NCBI GenBank assembly: GCA_026014495.1
Contig: JAOZIF010000091.1
Span: 1-15,964, forward strand
Direction of reading: 5' to 3'
Source: Candidatus Bathyarchaeum sp.
Lineage (GTDB): Archaea; Thermoproteota; Bathyarchaeia; Bathyarchaeales; Bathyarchaeaceae
Length of the DNA: 15,964 nt
The notes beneath the pieces were generated by a model that saw nothing but the letters and a program-made list of their open reading frames with translations, had not been told where the DNA came from and did not search any database. The position numbers and the translations under genes are program-made. The number at the start of each line of letters is the position of its first letter. The stretch's first letter is position 1. Shown here piece after piece: positions 15,747 through 15,964 of the stretch.

Positions 15747-15964
15747 TTGACAGAAGAAAAAATAAAGAACATACTCACAGACGAAAAACTTTCCGCCATA
15801 AAAGCGGCACTAGAAAAAGACCACGCCATCGACTGCATCTTTCTCTTAAAACTAGAAAATGGACGATGGAAAAACGCCAAAGCATTCATGCACGAATTAA
15901 ACCTCACCCTGATAAAGAGTTATGGCCGATCGCAAGAAGCGGCGTTAACCTTCTTCAGAAAGCG
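15747..15964 (+). CDS. Hypothetical protein, 3'-truncated by window edge (not in ORF track)
   Basis: Open frame MTEEKIKNILTDEKLSAIKAALEKDHAIDCIFLLKLENGRWKNAKAFMHELNLTL... to the window end; TTG after GGGTG; A/C-rich codons. Confidence 0.65.
   Translation, partial: MTEEKIKNILTDEKLSAIKAALEKDHAIDCIFLLKLENGRWKNAKAFMHELNLTLIKSYGRSQEAALTFFRK

Noticed and set aside
15692-15907. 71-aa minus-strand track ORF
   Set aside because: Antisense shadow of the plus-strand ORF starting at 15747.
15908-15964. Possible IS end (CCTGATAAAGAGTTA) with a minus-strand frame ending RFLKKVNAASCDRP*
   Set aside because: Only 57 bp visible, with no second terminal repeat, target duplication or transposase motif.

Overview
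Archaeal chromosomal window; gene content, Shine-Dalgarno and TATA style suggest Bathyarchaeia (inference). Housekeeping genes are the 3' end of Hel308, purB, an AsnB-like enzyme with a degenerate glutaminase domain, and apgM. Between them lie four signal-peptide, C-terminally anchored surface proteins (three are beta-propellers), a FUN14-like membrane protein and a TrmB-family regulator. Reading outside the ORF track revealed a 33-aa zinc-ribbon microprotein, a 45-aa coiled-coil microprotein, a partial ORF at the right edge, and two probable gene relics. The most interesting structures are a 4.3-kb module (possible integrase-tail relic, 874-aa double propeller, TrmB) bracketed by an identical 17-bp quasi-palindrome, a 35-bp promoter block shared by two unrelated surface-protein genes, and a nested stem-loop at 15.46-15.60 kb. 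No rRNA, tRNA or CRISPR array was seen. All family assignments come from motif recognition, not database searches.
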